This document shows positions 1 through 12,106 of a DNA stretch of 64,000 nucleotides, piece by piece (the first letter of the stretch is position 1; every line of letters begins with the position of its first letter). A program made the position numbers and the translations under genes. The stretch lies in assembly GCA_950097015.1 (NCBI GenBank), contig CATNEN010000031.1, positions 62,001 to 126,000 of the forward strand, read 5' to 3'. This DNA comes from Macrostomum hystrix. Its lineage: Eukaryota > Animalia > Platyhelminthes. The notes beneath the pieces were generated by a model. That model saw only the letters and a program-made list of their open reading frames with translations, did no database searches and was not told where the DNA came from.

Positions 1-369
1 AAGGTGCGTGTGTTGCGTACGTGCAAGTGTTGACTTACATTTAGCATAAAATTCAAGGAGGAAGAATATTGGTAAAATTCAGGTAGTGTAGCTCGCTTTA
101 GGAACAATAGATAAATGAAGGTAAGAATCAGCATAATATGTTATTGCCGATGCATGTTGTCCACAATGGTAATCTTCAGAACTCAATAATTTATTAAACA
201 AAAAACGACACAAGAAAAGAAATATATTCATAAATATATTATATTGATTTGAACATATATATATTATTACGGTTGACGAGAGAATAAAAGTACAAGACTA
301 TGTGCTAAATTTTGGGTGTAAAGGCATGGTACGCGTCAAGTCAGTCCAGTCCAGTTTTGAGCAAGCAAA

Positions 370-1098
370 CTAAAAAAGTTGAAGCTGACGGCTAGCACCC
401 CGCATGGTGAGCTGATTGTTAAGAGTAGGTTTTTGGGCCTTAATGTACATAGCCTCTAATAGGCGAAGTTTGTAATCGTTCTTACAAAACCTTATAGTCT
501 TAATAATTTCATGTGGTTCAGCGTCACAGCATCTCTTGCGTGGGAGCAGATGTTCATTAATGGCAGAGTTCTTAAGCCAGTGTTCTCTAACCCTCGTGTA
601 CAGGTTTCGCTTAGTCTTTCCTATATAGGAAATGTTCCGGTCACCAGAACAATAAAATTTGTACACAACACCAGCTGCAGCAAGAGGTCGAGGCACACTA
701 TATCTCAGATTGCTCACAAACATAGCGATCTTTTCGGTGCGAAAAACAAGACGAATTTGAGCATTGAGATTTTTTTCGGAATAACTTTCTGATCTTTTTA
801 AACTCAACAGAGCACAATCCAAGAAAGGTAACGAAATAATATGATTCTTAGGCTCAAAAGCTTGCAAACTCTGCGGGTCATCCAGCTTTTCACACAGAAA
901 CTTGTTAATACTCGTAATTCTAGACAGGAAGGTTCTCAGGTAGCCGATAAGACCAAATAAACGTGTCAGATGTTCAATCTCATTGTGGAACAGCTCCCAC
1001 GAACTGCAGATGAAAAAGGCCCGATGAAGAAAACAACGAACAAGACCAATTTTTCCATTGCTTTGGGCAAAGGGCATCAAACCTAAGCAGGGAAGCAA
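370..1098 (-). mobile_element. Penelope-like retroelement 3' remnant (RT thumb + GIY-YIG endonuclease)
   Basis: ORF reads GLVRCFLHRAFFICSSWELFHNEIEHL (PLE RT C-terminal helix region), then GVVYKFYC..SYIGKTKRNLYTRVREH..LRLLEAMYIKAQKPTLN (GIY-YIG). The RT core is absent. Confidence 0.85.
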
Positions 1099-1379
1099 GC
1101 CTTCATAAAATCAATCTAATATACTTCTGAACAATTTCCTATCATTTTTTCGTTTTGGTTTAATAAATTATGGCAAAAAATAATATATTGACTCTTACCT
1201 AAATTTAAATATTGTTAAAAACTTACAACTCAAGTCACTTCGTCCTTTTTGTTGTTCCATACAGAACACATTCCAAGAAGAAAGCTTTCTCAACATGCCT
1301 GCAATTTGAAGATAGGCATATCATTATTTAGAAAAAAACATTGACAATTTAAAAACGCAATCAATAAACGACAAACAAG

Positions 1380-1780
1380 ACGAGAAAAAGAAAATTCAAT
1401 ACAAAAAAGAAATAGGAAAACTAGGGTAATATTAAGAATACCATAATTAAGGGCAGAAAGGGGATAAAAAGGAAAAAGAAGGACAACTGGGAAACTGGGA
1501 AGCAGGGAAAGGGAAAGAAGAGGACGAATAGGAAAAATACGAAATAAGGAGCAGGACAAAGGGGATATAAGGAGACAAGAAGGGGGTGGAAAGGAGGGAC
1601 TTGAATACAAAGAAGGGGAGGAAAGGGGATTGGAAAAGAGGAAGAAAAAGGAAAGAAGGCGAAGGGAGGGGATTGGAAAAAAAGGGAGGAAAAGGAATGG
1701 AAAAGAGGACACAAAGGGGGTTAGAAAGGAGAAAAGGATTGGGAAGGAATGGAATAGTAAAAATGAGCAAAACTTATTCT
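1380..1780. repeat. GA-rich low-complexity tract
   Basis: Purine-rich plus strand with no clear unit. The overlapping ORFs are F/L/P/S- or K/R/E/G-biased compositional artefacts. Confidence 0.8.
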
Positions 1781-2029
1781 ATATGGCTAAGATAAGATTA
1801 GCTACTACTAGCTATTGGCTATTGCTAGATCAGGATCAAGAACCGTCTTTGCAACCTTCCTAATCTAGTAGTGGGGTCGGGATCGGAGCAGGAGCATGGA
1901 TACCCGAAATAATCTTACTGCATGGTGTGCAGTGAGATTGAACGCGAAGTAAGGAATCGTAGAGCAATCAAGAGGAGGCTGAAAAAGGCAAAATTAACGA
2001 GAGGAAAAATGAGAATGTAAGTCAGCAGA

Positions 2030-5000
2030 GGGAAGTAGGGGGTGGAGATGGTGGAGGAGGCGATAGGATGGTGAGGAGGATAGAGGAGGGTAGAGTAGGG
2101 TAGAGGATGGTCGATGGTAGTGGAGGGAAGAGGATGGAAGGGGGTAGAGGAGATTAGTGGATGGCTAGGGAGGGTGGTGGAGGGTAGAGGATGGCGGGGA
2201 AGATAGAGGAGGGTAGCGGAGGGTAGAGGATGGATGGTTGAAGAGGGTGGAGGGTAGAGGATAGTGGGGAGGATCGACGAGGTTAGAGCAGGGTAGAGAA
2301 TGGTTGAGGAGGAAAGGGGGTAGAGGAGAGTAAAGAATGGTGAAGGAGGTTAGAGGATGTTGGGGAGGATAGAGAAGGGGAGTGGAGGGTAAAGGATGTT
2401 GGGGAGGATAGAGAAGAGGAGTGGAGGGTAGAGGATGGCGGGGAGGAAAGAGAAGGGGAGTGGAGGGTAGAGGATGGCGGGGAAGATAGAGGAGGGTAGA
2501 GGAGGGTAGATGAGGGAAGGGGGTAGAGGAGAGTAGAGGAGGGTAGAGTAGGGTAGAGCAGGGTAGAGGAGGTTAGAGAAGGGTAGAGGAGGGTAGAGGA
2601 GGGTAGAGGAGGGTAGAGGAGGGTAGAGGAGGGTCGATGGTCGATGGTAGTGGAGGGAAGAGGAGGGAAGGGGGTAGAGGAGAGTAGAGGAGGGTAGAGG
2701 AGGGTAGAGGAGGGTAAAGGAGGGTAGAGGAGGAAAGAGCAGGGAAAGGTAGAGTAGAGTAGAGTAGAGTAGAGTAGAGTAGAGGAGAGTAGAGGAGGGT
2801 AGAGGAGAGTAGAGGAGAGTAGAGGAGGGTAGAGGAGGGTAGAGGAGGTTAGAGGAGGTTAGAGGAGGGTATAGGAGGGTAGAGGAGGGTAGAGGAGGGT
2901 AGAGGAGGGTAGAGGAGGGTAGAGGAGGGTAGAGGAGGGTAGAGGAGGGTCGATGGTCGATGGTAGTGGAGGGAAGAGGAGGGAAGGGGGTAGAGGAGAG
3001 TAGAGGAGGGTAGAGGAGGGTAGAGGAGGAAAGAGCAGGGAAAGGTAGAGTAGAGTAGAGTAGAGTAGAGTAGAGTAGAGGAGAGTAGAGGAGGGTAGAG
3101 GAGAGTAGAGGAGAGTAGAGGAGGGTAGAGGAGGGTAGAGGAGGTTAGAGGAGGTTAGAGGAGGGTATAGGAGGGTAGAGGAGGGTAGAGGAGGGTAGAG
3201 GAGGGTAGAGGAGGGTCGATGGTCGATGGTAGTGAAAGGAAAAGGAGGGAAGGGGGTAGAGGAGAGTAGAGGAGGGTAGAGGAGGGTAGAGGAGGGTAAA
3301 GGAGGGTAGAGGAGGAAAGAGCAGGGAAAGGTAGAGTAGAGTAGAGTAGAGTAGAGGAGAGTAGAGGAGGGTAGAGGAGAGTAGAGGAGAGTAGAGGAGG
3401 GTAGAGGAGGGTAGAGGAGGTTAGAGGAGGTTAGAGGAGGGTATAGGAGGGTAGAGGAGGGTAGAGGAGGGTAGAGGAGGGTAGAGGAGGGTAGAGGACG
3501 GTAGAGGAGGGTAGAGGATGGTCGATGGTCGATGGTAGTGGAGGGAAGAGGAGGTAAGGGGGTAGAGGAGAGTAGAGGAGGGTAGAGCAGGGTAGAGCAG
3601 GTTAGAGGAGGGTAGAGGAGGGTAGAGGATGGTCGATGGTCGATGGTAGTGGAGGGAAGAGGAGGTAAGGGGGTAGAGGAGAGTAGAGGAGGGTAGAGCA
3701 GGGTAGAGCAGGTTAGAGGAGGGTAGAGGAGGTTAGAGGAGGTTAGAGGAGGGTAGAGGAGGGTAGAGAAGGGTAGAGGATGGTAGTGGAGGGAAGAGGA
3801 GGGAAGGGGGTAGAGGAGGTTAGAGGAGGGTAGAGGAGGGTAGAGGATGGTCGATGGTCGATGGTAGTGGAGGTAAGAGGAGGGAAGGGGGTAGAGGAGA
3901 GTAGAGGAGGGTAGAGCAGGGAAAGATAGAGGGAGGGTGGTGGAGGGTAGAGGATGGCGGGGAAGATAGAGGAGGGTGGGGAGGATCGACGAGGTTAGAG
4001 CAGGGTAGAGGAGGGTAGAGGAGGGTAGAGCAGGGTAGAGCAGGGTAGGGGAGGGTAGGGGAGGTTAGAGCAGGGTAGAGGATGGTAGGGGAGGTTAGAG
4101 CAGGGTAGAGGATGGTAGGGGAGGTTAGAGCAGGGTAGAGGAGGGTAGAGGATGGTTGATGGTAGTGGAGGGAAGAGGATGGAAGGGGGTAGAGGAGATT
4201 AGTGGATGGCTAGGGAGGGTGGTGGAGGGTAGAGGATGGCGGGGAAGATAGAGGAGGGTAGCGGAGGGTAGAGGATAGTGGGGAGGATCGACGAGGTTAG
4301 AGCAGGGTAGAGAATGGTTGAGGAGGGAAGGGGGTAGAGGAGAGTAAAGACTGGTGAAGGAGGGTAGAGGATGTTGGGGAGGATAGAGAAGGGGAGTGGA
4401 GGGTAGAGGATGGCGGGTAGGAAAGAGAAGGGGAGTGGAGGGTAGAGGATGGCGGGGAAGATAGAGGAGGGTAGAGGAGGGTAGAGGAGGGTAGAGGAGG
4501 GTAGAGGAGGGTCGATGGTCGATGGTAGTGGAGAGAAGAGGAGGGAAGGGGGTAGAGGACAGTAGAGGAGGTTAGAGGAGGTTAGAGGAGGGTAGAGAAG
4601 GGTAGAGGAGGGTAGAGGAGGTTAGAGGAGGGTAGAGCAGGGTAGAGCAGGGTAGAGGATGGTAGGGGAGGTTAGAGCAGGGTAGAGGATGGTAGGGGAG
4701 GTTAGAGCAGGGTAGAGCAGGGTAGAGGAGGGTAGAGGAGGTTAGAGGAGGTTAGAGGAGGGTAGAGGAGGGTAGAGCAGGGTAGAGCAGGGTAAAGGAG
4801 GGTAGAGGAGGTTAGAGGAGGTTATAGGAGGGTAGAAGAGGGTAGAGAAGGGTAGAGGATGGTAGTGGAGAGAAGAGGTTAGAGCAGAGTAGAGGAGGGT
4901 AGAGGATAGTAGTAAAGGGAAGAGGAGTAGAGGGAAGAGGGAAGGGTGTAGAGGAGAGTAGAGGATGGTGAAGGAGGGTATAGGATGGTGGGGAGGATAG

Positions 5001-5095
5001 TGAAGGGTAGTGGAGGGTAGAGGATGGCAGGGAAGATAGAGGAGAGTAGTGGAGGGTAGAGGATGGTTGAGGAGGGCGGAGGCTAGAGGAGAGTA
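2030..5095. repeat. ~3 kb purine-strand satellite, core unit AGGAGGGTAG with embedded (GTAGA)n runs
   Basis: Long run of ggagggtaga 10-mers, with pentamer runs near 2750, 3045 and 3330. The block at 2109-2230 recurs at about 4153-4275. Confidence 0.95.
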
Positions 5096-6859
5096 GGAAA
5101 GCCTTTAGGATAGTAACTAGCTAGCTGGCAATAATGTTTCTTTTTATTTTGCTAGTAGACATAATAGATTTACAAGACATAATAGATCAGGAGCTAGATC
5201 AATATAATTATATACATTTTGTCAGTCAATAAAAAGAACATTTATATAGGTAGGGACCTTTAGCTATTTTTAGGTATTTAGGTATATCAAAACATTTTTC
5301 ATATCAATAGCTACCAAGAGAATTTCATTTAGACTAGTCAGTTTATTTAAATACTGGTGTACTTGCATTGAATCTAGTTATATTTGTCAGGCCTATGATT
5401 ATCAATTGTGAAAGTGGTTTTGAAGTAGGCTATAATGCTGTATAGCAGTTATATATATATATATATATAGGCCTATATATATATATACACTAAACATATT
5501 TTAGCTAGGCTACACAGTACACAGAAGCACATAAGCAAGCTATACCTAAAGCTATAGTCGATATATGATATATAATTTTTTGCTATTGTCTAATATCCTT
5601 TTGAATAGTCATATTCAACTAGCTCAGCCTAGCTACTATTAGTGCTAGTACTAAAAATAGAATTAGCAACAGCCAATTCCAATTATACGATAGCCTAATT
5701 GTATAATTACTGGCTTAAGCTTTCACTAGCCTAAACATACATTATGTTAGATTAGTTGTCCTGTTAAGCAGCATAAGCAGCATGCTTTATATTTATATTT
5801 CAGCACGTATTTATATATAGCAGCACGTTCGACGTTTGCCCCACATAAAAGCGTTGTATTGGCTTTGAAAGCTATAAGCTGCGCGTATCAATACGCCGCT
5901 GCGCGCAGAGTACCGCTTTGTAGGCTCGTGTTGTAACGCAGATTTGGCTTTACGGAGTGTAACACGGGTGACTATTAGGTCCCTAAGCAAAACGAAGATA
6001 TATAGAGTAGAGCCACGTACAAAATGAAAAAGAAACGAATTCTGACAAAAAATCATAGCTCCTAAAGTCACGGAATTTATATGTCGTGTATTCAAAATAA
6101 TCAGAAAAATATTTGTTTGTATAATTCGTATAGATTTATAACTTAATCTTAAATACAGAAAAAAGTAAATTAAAACTGCGCAATTTTTTTTTCTAATAAA
6201 GCGAAGCCCAGTAATCCATTACTAGATGGGAATAAAGCGGAGCATAAGGCGCGCCATAGTGCCGCCCAGTTGTGTCACGCTCTACTACCGTCTAGAGTCT
6301 AGACGGTCGACTATAAGGTGTTACATTATACAGACGAAACGACAATATCGAATATCGAACAGGTGTTAGACGAATTGGCGGCAGACGAAACGACCGTCAA
6401 CCTGCATAACTTCAATTATTAGTATAGGCCTACATTTTAGAACTATTTAATTTAGATGCCCTGCTAAATGCTAGGGCCTAATGCTAAATTACTTAACGTC
6501 TTAAGTAAAGTGCCACGACTATCTGACTATTAAAGCAATTACTGTAGGCTTCTTGTAAAAAATAACTTAAACTTATAAGAAAAACTCTTCAATTTATGAG
6601 AAAGGTCTTTTGATTCCAGAATATTGCTTAAAATATCAATTTCGTTGCTTTATCTCAAAAAGATAATATTCTACTTTTTAGAAGGTAATTTGTAGGCCTA
6701 ACTTCTTTGTAAAGTCTTTATCCCTATGTCCTATGATGCCACCCTAGTTGTCCTAGGGTTAATTAATATTCTTTATTTTAGGTATTTTAATATTATATCT
6801 AAGTAATTTCAAGTTCTCTAATATATTATATATTTCAAAGAATTTCTTGGCAGCATATT

Positions 6860-7147
6860 TCTTGCTTGTTTGCAATTGACTAGGCCCTATCTCCGAAATG
6901 GCTCAACTGATTTTCACAATTCATTTCGCCAAAAGATCACAAATGGTCCCAAATTGGTACACATATTTTTATTAATCTTAATTACATTGCCAAGGGGATT
7001 AAATATTTTAAATAGGCTTTTCTTGTTTTCAGCTTGTGCACAGTGAGGCTTCAGTGCCAATTTTTATGATTGCATCAGAGCCAGTTTTGATAACGCACTG
7101 ATAAGAACTCAAGGGAGGCTACCCAGAGGGTAGCAAAAGCCAGCTAG
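6860..7147 (+). mobile_element. Non-autonomous Helitron (family B), 3' portion
   Basis: Perfect hairpin GCTACCC-AGA-GGGTAGC (7118-7134), then CTAG (7144-7147) followed by T. The body resembles 7200-7400. Confidence 0.7.
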
Positions 7148-7150
7148 TCT

Positions 7151-7545
7151 TCTTATATACTAAAGATGAAATGGTTGTTTGGTTGGTTGCTTAGTTGGTT
7201 GCTTGCTTGGTTGGTTGTAATTGATTTTCTCCTGAACAGCTCAACCAATTTTCACCATTTTTTCACCAAAAGATGCCAAATATGGGGACAAATATACACA
7301 TATTTTTATTAAGCTTAATTTAATTGCCAAGAGGATTAAATATTCGAAAAACTGTTTTACTTTTTAGATTGGATTTTTAATGCATTACATCAGAGCCAGT
7401 TTTGTCAACGTGCATACCACTGCCAATTTTAATGATTGCATCAGGGCCAGTTTTGTTAAAAGTGTTTCACTGTGTTAACCCCACTGGCGAGACAGTGCGA
7501 ATTTATTTATAAATAGATTGCATCACAGCTTTTCTCACCTGTGTC
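7151..7545 (+). mobile_element. Non-autonomous Helitron (family B), 5' portion
   Basis: Starts TCTTATATACTAAAGATGAAATGGTTG with a (GGTT/GCTT)n microsatellite. Closely similar to 59471-59890 and to the start at 9744. Confidence 0.7.
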
Positions 7546-7937
7546 AGAATTTCACTGACTGCCGCTGAATTAGAATTGCATTGTCAACTTGCGCAACACC
7601 CCCTAGCTGACTGAGTTAGAAGCCTGCATGATCTAACCAGAACCTAAGAGTACTCTATTTGTACAAAGCCAAAACTTTGAGAATTCATTTTATAAGGCTA
7701 ACTAGCTTTTTTGCCCGTTGTTTTTGGGGCAGAAATTTAAAGCAAAGCAGTAAGCAATTCACGTCTCTGTATTAACTTTATAGTGAAGGTCACCATTTAT
7801 TTATTTACTGCATTAATGAAAAGTGAAGAGTTTGTTTAAGGGCGTTTTAAGTAAAAAATAAGTGAAAAGTTTGTCCAAACAGCCCCCTCTTGATTACTTC
7901 TTTAGAAACATGTCTCTTAGCCACTCCTCTATACAGT

Positions 7938-8214
7938 CAGTGGCAGATCCAAGAATTTTGTTTTGGGGCGGTCTGTCAGGGGAGCGCCATGAGAATCACA
8001 GAGGGGGTGCCAGCAGCCGAAAAAGGGCGCCAGGAGCCAAGAAAGGGCGCCAGCGGCTGAAAAACGGGAGCCAGCGGCTGAAAAAGGGGCGCCAGCGGCC
8101 GAAAAGGGGCGCCAGTGCTGCGACTGGCGCCCCTGGTGGGGGCATCTTATTCCCATGATTAAAATTTTGGGGGGGGGGCAACTGCCCCCCGCCCCCCCCC
8201 TAAATCTGCCTCTG
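7938..8214. mobile_element. hAT-like MITE nested in the Helitron 3' region
   Basis: Imperfect TIR CAGTGGCAGAT / ATCTGCCTCTG. 8-bp TSD TATACAGT at 7930-7937 and 8215-8222. Confidence 0.8.
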
Positions 8215-8366
8215 TATACAGTATGCATGTACACGCGTATACATAAGGAAAATAGCCATGGCATAACAATAACAATGTCAAAGAAACAAAATTAAACTGT
8301 TTCAGAGTTCAGAGTTAGACAGGTCAAGGTCAATTCGTGACTACTTTTCTATTAATTGCTTGCGAG

Positions 8367-8984
8367 TCACCTCAAGGCCTGGGGATACACCACATTCTTC
8401 GTTCTTCCCCTTGGTGCGAAAATGAATAGGCCAGCTGGAGTTCCAACACGGGAGCAGGCGACATAAAGCTGCCCATGCGAGAAGCAAGGAGTCTCCAGGT
8501 TGATGCCAGCTACCTTCAGCGACTGTCCCTGAGCCTTGTTAATAGTCATCGCAAAGCACACTCTCACAGGGAACTGCAGTCGCTTGAACTGAAATGGCAG
8601 GTCCGTGGGGATAATTGGAATCCGGGGAACGAACACAGACTCTCCTCTGCCAGATCCAGTCATTATCGTGGCCTCAATCACGTGTGGGAAGAGCCGCCTG
8701 ACTATCAGTCTGGTGCCGTTACACAGCCTTGGCGCATTCAGGTTGCGGAGGAGCATAATTGGTGCCCCAACTTTCAGCTGCAAGTTGTGCGATGGAGTTC
8801 CAGGAGGATCTAGAGAGTTCAGAAACTCAACAGGATACTCCACAGCGGTGTCATCAGTCAACGTTGTATCAATTGACTTGTAGGTGAAAACTGCACCTGG
8901 CAACTCCTGAAGCAGTTGGCAGTTAATTTCGTTGGCGGCATCATTTCTAGGACACAGAATTGCCCTCTCTGACAGCCAGTCAAC
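8367..8984 (-). pseudogene. Helitron PIF1-like helicase C-terminal fragment
   Basis: WLSERAILCPRN..LKVGAPIMLLRNL..LCNGTRL..RLQFPVRVCFAMTINKAQGQSL..FSHGQLYVACSRV. Rep and the N-terminal helicase motifs are missing. Confidence 0.92.
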
Positions 8985-9890
8985 GCCAGCCTCTCTCTTT
9001 CTTCTATCCCAGGCTGGCTGGAGAGAAATATCGACCGGAGAGCCCTGCGCACTGGGACGCCACCGCACTCACCGCACTCAGTCTCAGTGCTGCTTGGGGG
9101 CCAGTAGACAGTCTAGGGGTTTGGGCTGTGTACATTCATGGCTTGAAATACAATGTACAGTCTGGGGCTTCGGCGCCCGGGGAAGGGAGGGGGTGGCTGT
9201 AATAAAATTTGGCCCGCAGAGTGGTGGAGGGGAGTTGGGGTGGCTGTCCTCGGAAAACAAAAAGTGACTCACTTTGAGATGATGCAGCTTTGCTCTGGAT
9301 TGAGTAGAGATGTTCAAAATTGACAGCATTGTTGGAAAACATGTAAAGTGTAAGTGGATCAAATTTGGAGAAAATCTGACAAAGTGGGGCGACGATATGT
9401 CGAATTGAGTGATTTTTTGACGATTTTTGAGCAGTTTTTTGCACTTTTGAGCAGGAAGGAAATGATTTTTTGGGAATTTGAGTAGCCTATTGCACTCAGC
9501 GTAGGTGGTTTTAGGTATGTGCAAAGTTTGGTGCGATTTGGTTGAGCGGTTTCGGCGTCTATAAAGACAAAAGGTTGCACACACACAGACAGACAGACAG
9601 ACAGAGTTTTCACTTTTATATATATAGATTTTTGCATCTACAATCCAACAGTCAGAGTGGCTGATGTGTAGGCCCTAGGCACTAGGAATAGGTTAGGCTA
9701 GGCTAGGCGAAGTGTCCTTGGTTCGACTCTGCACTGCGTCAAATCTTATATACTAAAAATGAAATGGTTGGTTGGTTGCTTGTAATTTCAATTAAACTAA
9801 TTTTCAGTCAGTAGTGATGGATGTGAAGTGAAAATTTTTTTTTAATTTTGAAAATAAAGGGACAACATTTAATTCACTTTTGCATAGCAA

Positions 9891-10100
9891 AACCAGTGAA
9901 TCATGGCTAAACCAGAGCTTCAATCATGGCTAAACAAGAGTTTGAATCATGGCTAACCAAGCGTTTGAATCAAAGCCAACCAGAGTTTGAATCATGGCTA
10001 AACCAGAGTTTGAATCATGGCTAAACAAGAGCTTGAATCATGGCTAAACCAGAGTTTGAATCATGGCTAAACCAGAGTTTGAATCATGGCTAAACCAAAG
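9891..10100. repeat. 23-bp tandem array (CCAGAGTTTGAATCATGGCTAAA)n
   Basis: About 9 units read directly. The same unit occurs at about 58400-58490. Confidence 0.92.
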
Positions 10101-10185
10101 TTTATATTTGTATGAAAATTATTTTGTCTAATATTCAATTAATGTTGTTCTTCTCAATTGTCTACAAAAGCAGCTAATATGAAAA

Positions 10186-10560
10186 TTCAACTGGGGAACA
10201 TTCTCAACTGGGGAGTCATCATCAAATAGGGGATCATGTTAAACTGGGGGATCATTGTCAACTGGAGGATCATTTTCAACTGGGGGTTCATTGTCAACTG
10301 GGGGTTCATTGTCAACTGGGGGATCATTGTCAACTGGGGGATCATTGTCAACTGGGGGTTCATTGTCAACTGGGGGTTCATTGTCAACTGGGTGATCATT
10401 GTCAACTGGGGGATCATTGTCAACTGGGGGATCATTGTCAACTGGGTGATCATCATCAATGGGGAATCATCATCAACTGCGGGATCATTGTCAACTGGGT
10501 GATCATCATCAATTGGGGGATCATTGTCAACTGGGGAATCAATGTCGACTGGGGGATCAT
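10186..10560. repeat. 18-bp tandem array (GGGGATCATTGTCAACTG)n
   Basis: About 20 units. The same unit occurs at 58630-59090. Confidence 0.93.
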
Positions 10561-10782
10561 TATAGCTTTTAAAAAGCTGTAAATTCAGCTGCTGAAAAGT
10601 ATATACTTGATGAATAAAAATATTTCTGCTACCCAAAGGGGGGCAAAACTTGCTAGTAGTTAGTCTAAGTATCATATTTAGTTATTCTAGGTGGCGTATT
10701 TAGTTAGTCCAGGTAGTGTATTTAGTTATTCTGGCCCATTACTTTATCAATGTATGTATTTCTGAGTATAGGCTTTTCAAAG

Positions 10783-11716
10783 TGTTGTACCGGTCGTCCT
10801 GCTAACAATGCAGGATCCGGCAAACTCCAATATGAAGTCCAAGATTTCTAGGTAGTGTAGTAGTAGCGCTGCCACCAGGGCGTCAGGACTTCTGCCTTCG
10901 GTAAGGTGAAGGATCCTTGGCCCAAAAAAGAACAAGTCACGAAGTCTCGAGAAGCACACAGTGCAGAGTTCAGTTGCAATTACAGGCTGTCAGTGTCCTG
11001 CGTAGCTCGGATGGTGGGGTGGAAGGCTAAGTTAGTTTCGGGACTTAGCCAGAACTGAGCTTACGAGCAGTCACATGCAGAGACTGAAGTAGGAAACTTA
11101 GACACTCGATGGCACTGACAATAGAGACTGAAATAAGTCAGAGAAAACGTTAGTGACAGAAAGTGGAAGGGTTGAGGACCAGAAGAGCGGGGAGCTTTCT
11201 TTTATAGGCAGGGGCCTCCCATAGGGTCAGTGCAGAGTTAGAAAACACGTGATTGAATCACGTGGTTTCTAAAAATAGCAACTGACATCAGTGGCGCCAT
11301 AAACGTCACTCCTACGTAGGTTCCTGTCCCATAATCAAAGCCCCAAGTGCAGTAAACATGTTTACTTGCACTTTAAAAGACAAAGAGAGAGGCCAGTCGC
11401 ATGAGGAGAATCACGCGCTGACTGAGTGCAGACAACCACACACAAAGAAAAGGACAAGGGACAACAAAGCCAGCGCGGGACAAAGAGGTGATGGCTCATC
11501 CCTGGGGGGAAGAGACAGCACACTCAAAGTACAGGCGCGGCCGGGGAAGGGAGGGGCAGAGAGGGACAGACCAGACAACGCCAGAGAGGGCAGGCTGGGC
11601 AGCCACTCAATGCTAGCAAAAAGGGGACACCTAAGCTACCTTGCAGGTGAGACAGCTAGCTAAGCTACTGACAGCTAGTGAGACACCAATAGGCCCCTAA
11701 GCAGTGGCTCACTACA
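10783..11716 (-). mobile_element. Solo LTR (Gypsy-like)
   Basis: Termini TGT..ACA with AAAG 4-bp TSD (10779-10782 and 11717-11720). On the minus strand, CCTATAAAAG is followed by a pyrimidine-rich tract. No coding region. Confidence 0.65.
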
Positions 11717-12106
11717 AAAGAATGTTATCAATGATCTCAAGTGTACAGCAATACTTTCTACTTCTCTTCCTCTCTCTTGAATCCTTAGTATTAGTCTCTG
11801 TATGCATTATAAAGAATGAAGGAACACTTCTAAGTATTGTATACAAAGTTAATATAAAGCCAAAAATTAATTTCTTTTGCTAAAGTCAGCTGTATTTATA
11901 CTTATGTTGGAATAAAAATGGCGGACACATTTGAACAAAGTTTTTTATAGTATATTGAATATTTAATCACTTAAACAACACACATTATAACAAAATTTCA
12001 ATTATACCATATGCTTTATATGAAATGCAAATTTGGAAACAGTCTATTATAGTAATCCAAGTTTAATTGCTAATGCCTAATAAATAACTTCATTGTTGGA
12101 CCAGCT

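Larger units (their letters stand above)
7702..9628 (-). mobile_element. Internally deleted Helitron (family A, copy 1)
   Basis: The minus strand begins A|TCTATATATATAAAAGTG with (TGTC)n and ends with a GCCC..GGGC hairpin and CTAG|T. Its 5' ~640 bp and its 3' end match 55315-57976 in inverted orientation. Confidence 0.92.
9744..10656 (+). mobile_element. Non-autonomous Helitron (family B) carrying two tandem arrays
   Basis: A|TCTTATATACTAAAAATG start. Imperfect GCTACCC..GGGGGC hairpin, then CTAG|T at 10653-10657. Confidence 0.78.

Noticed and set aside
1290-1863. Several overlapping ORFs rich in F/L/P/S or K/R/E/G
   Set aside because: By-products of the GA-rich low-complexity tract; no domain signal.
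9084-9637. ORFs of 90-200 aa in the Helitron 5' region (also 55252-55994)
   Set aside because: Non-coding Helitron leader, open on both strands by chance, with no recognisable domains.
9891-10560. CRISPR-like appearance of the 23-bp and 18-bp arrays
   Set aside because: Units are head-to-tail with no unique spacers, there are no cas genes, and the context is eukaryotic.
10187-10675. 162-aa ORF with hexapeptide repeats, and similar ORFs at 58707-59115
   Set aside because: The 18-bp unit lacks stops in several frames and is open on both strands. It lies inside a Helitron and shows no gene structure.
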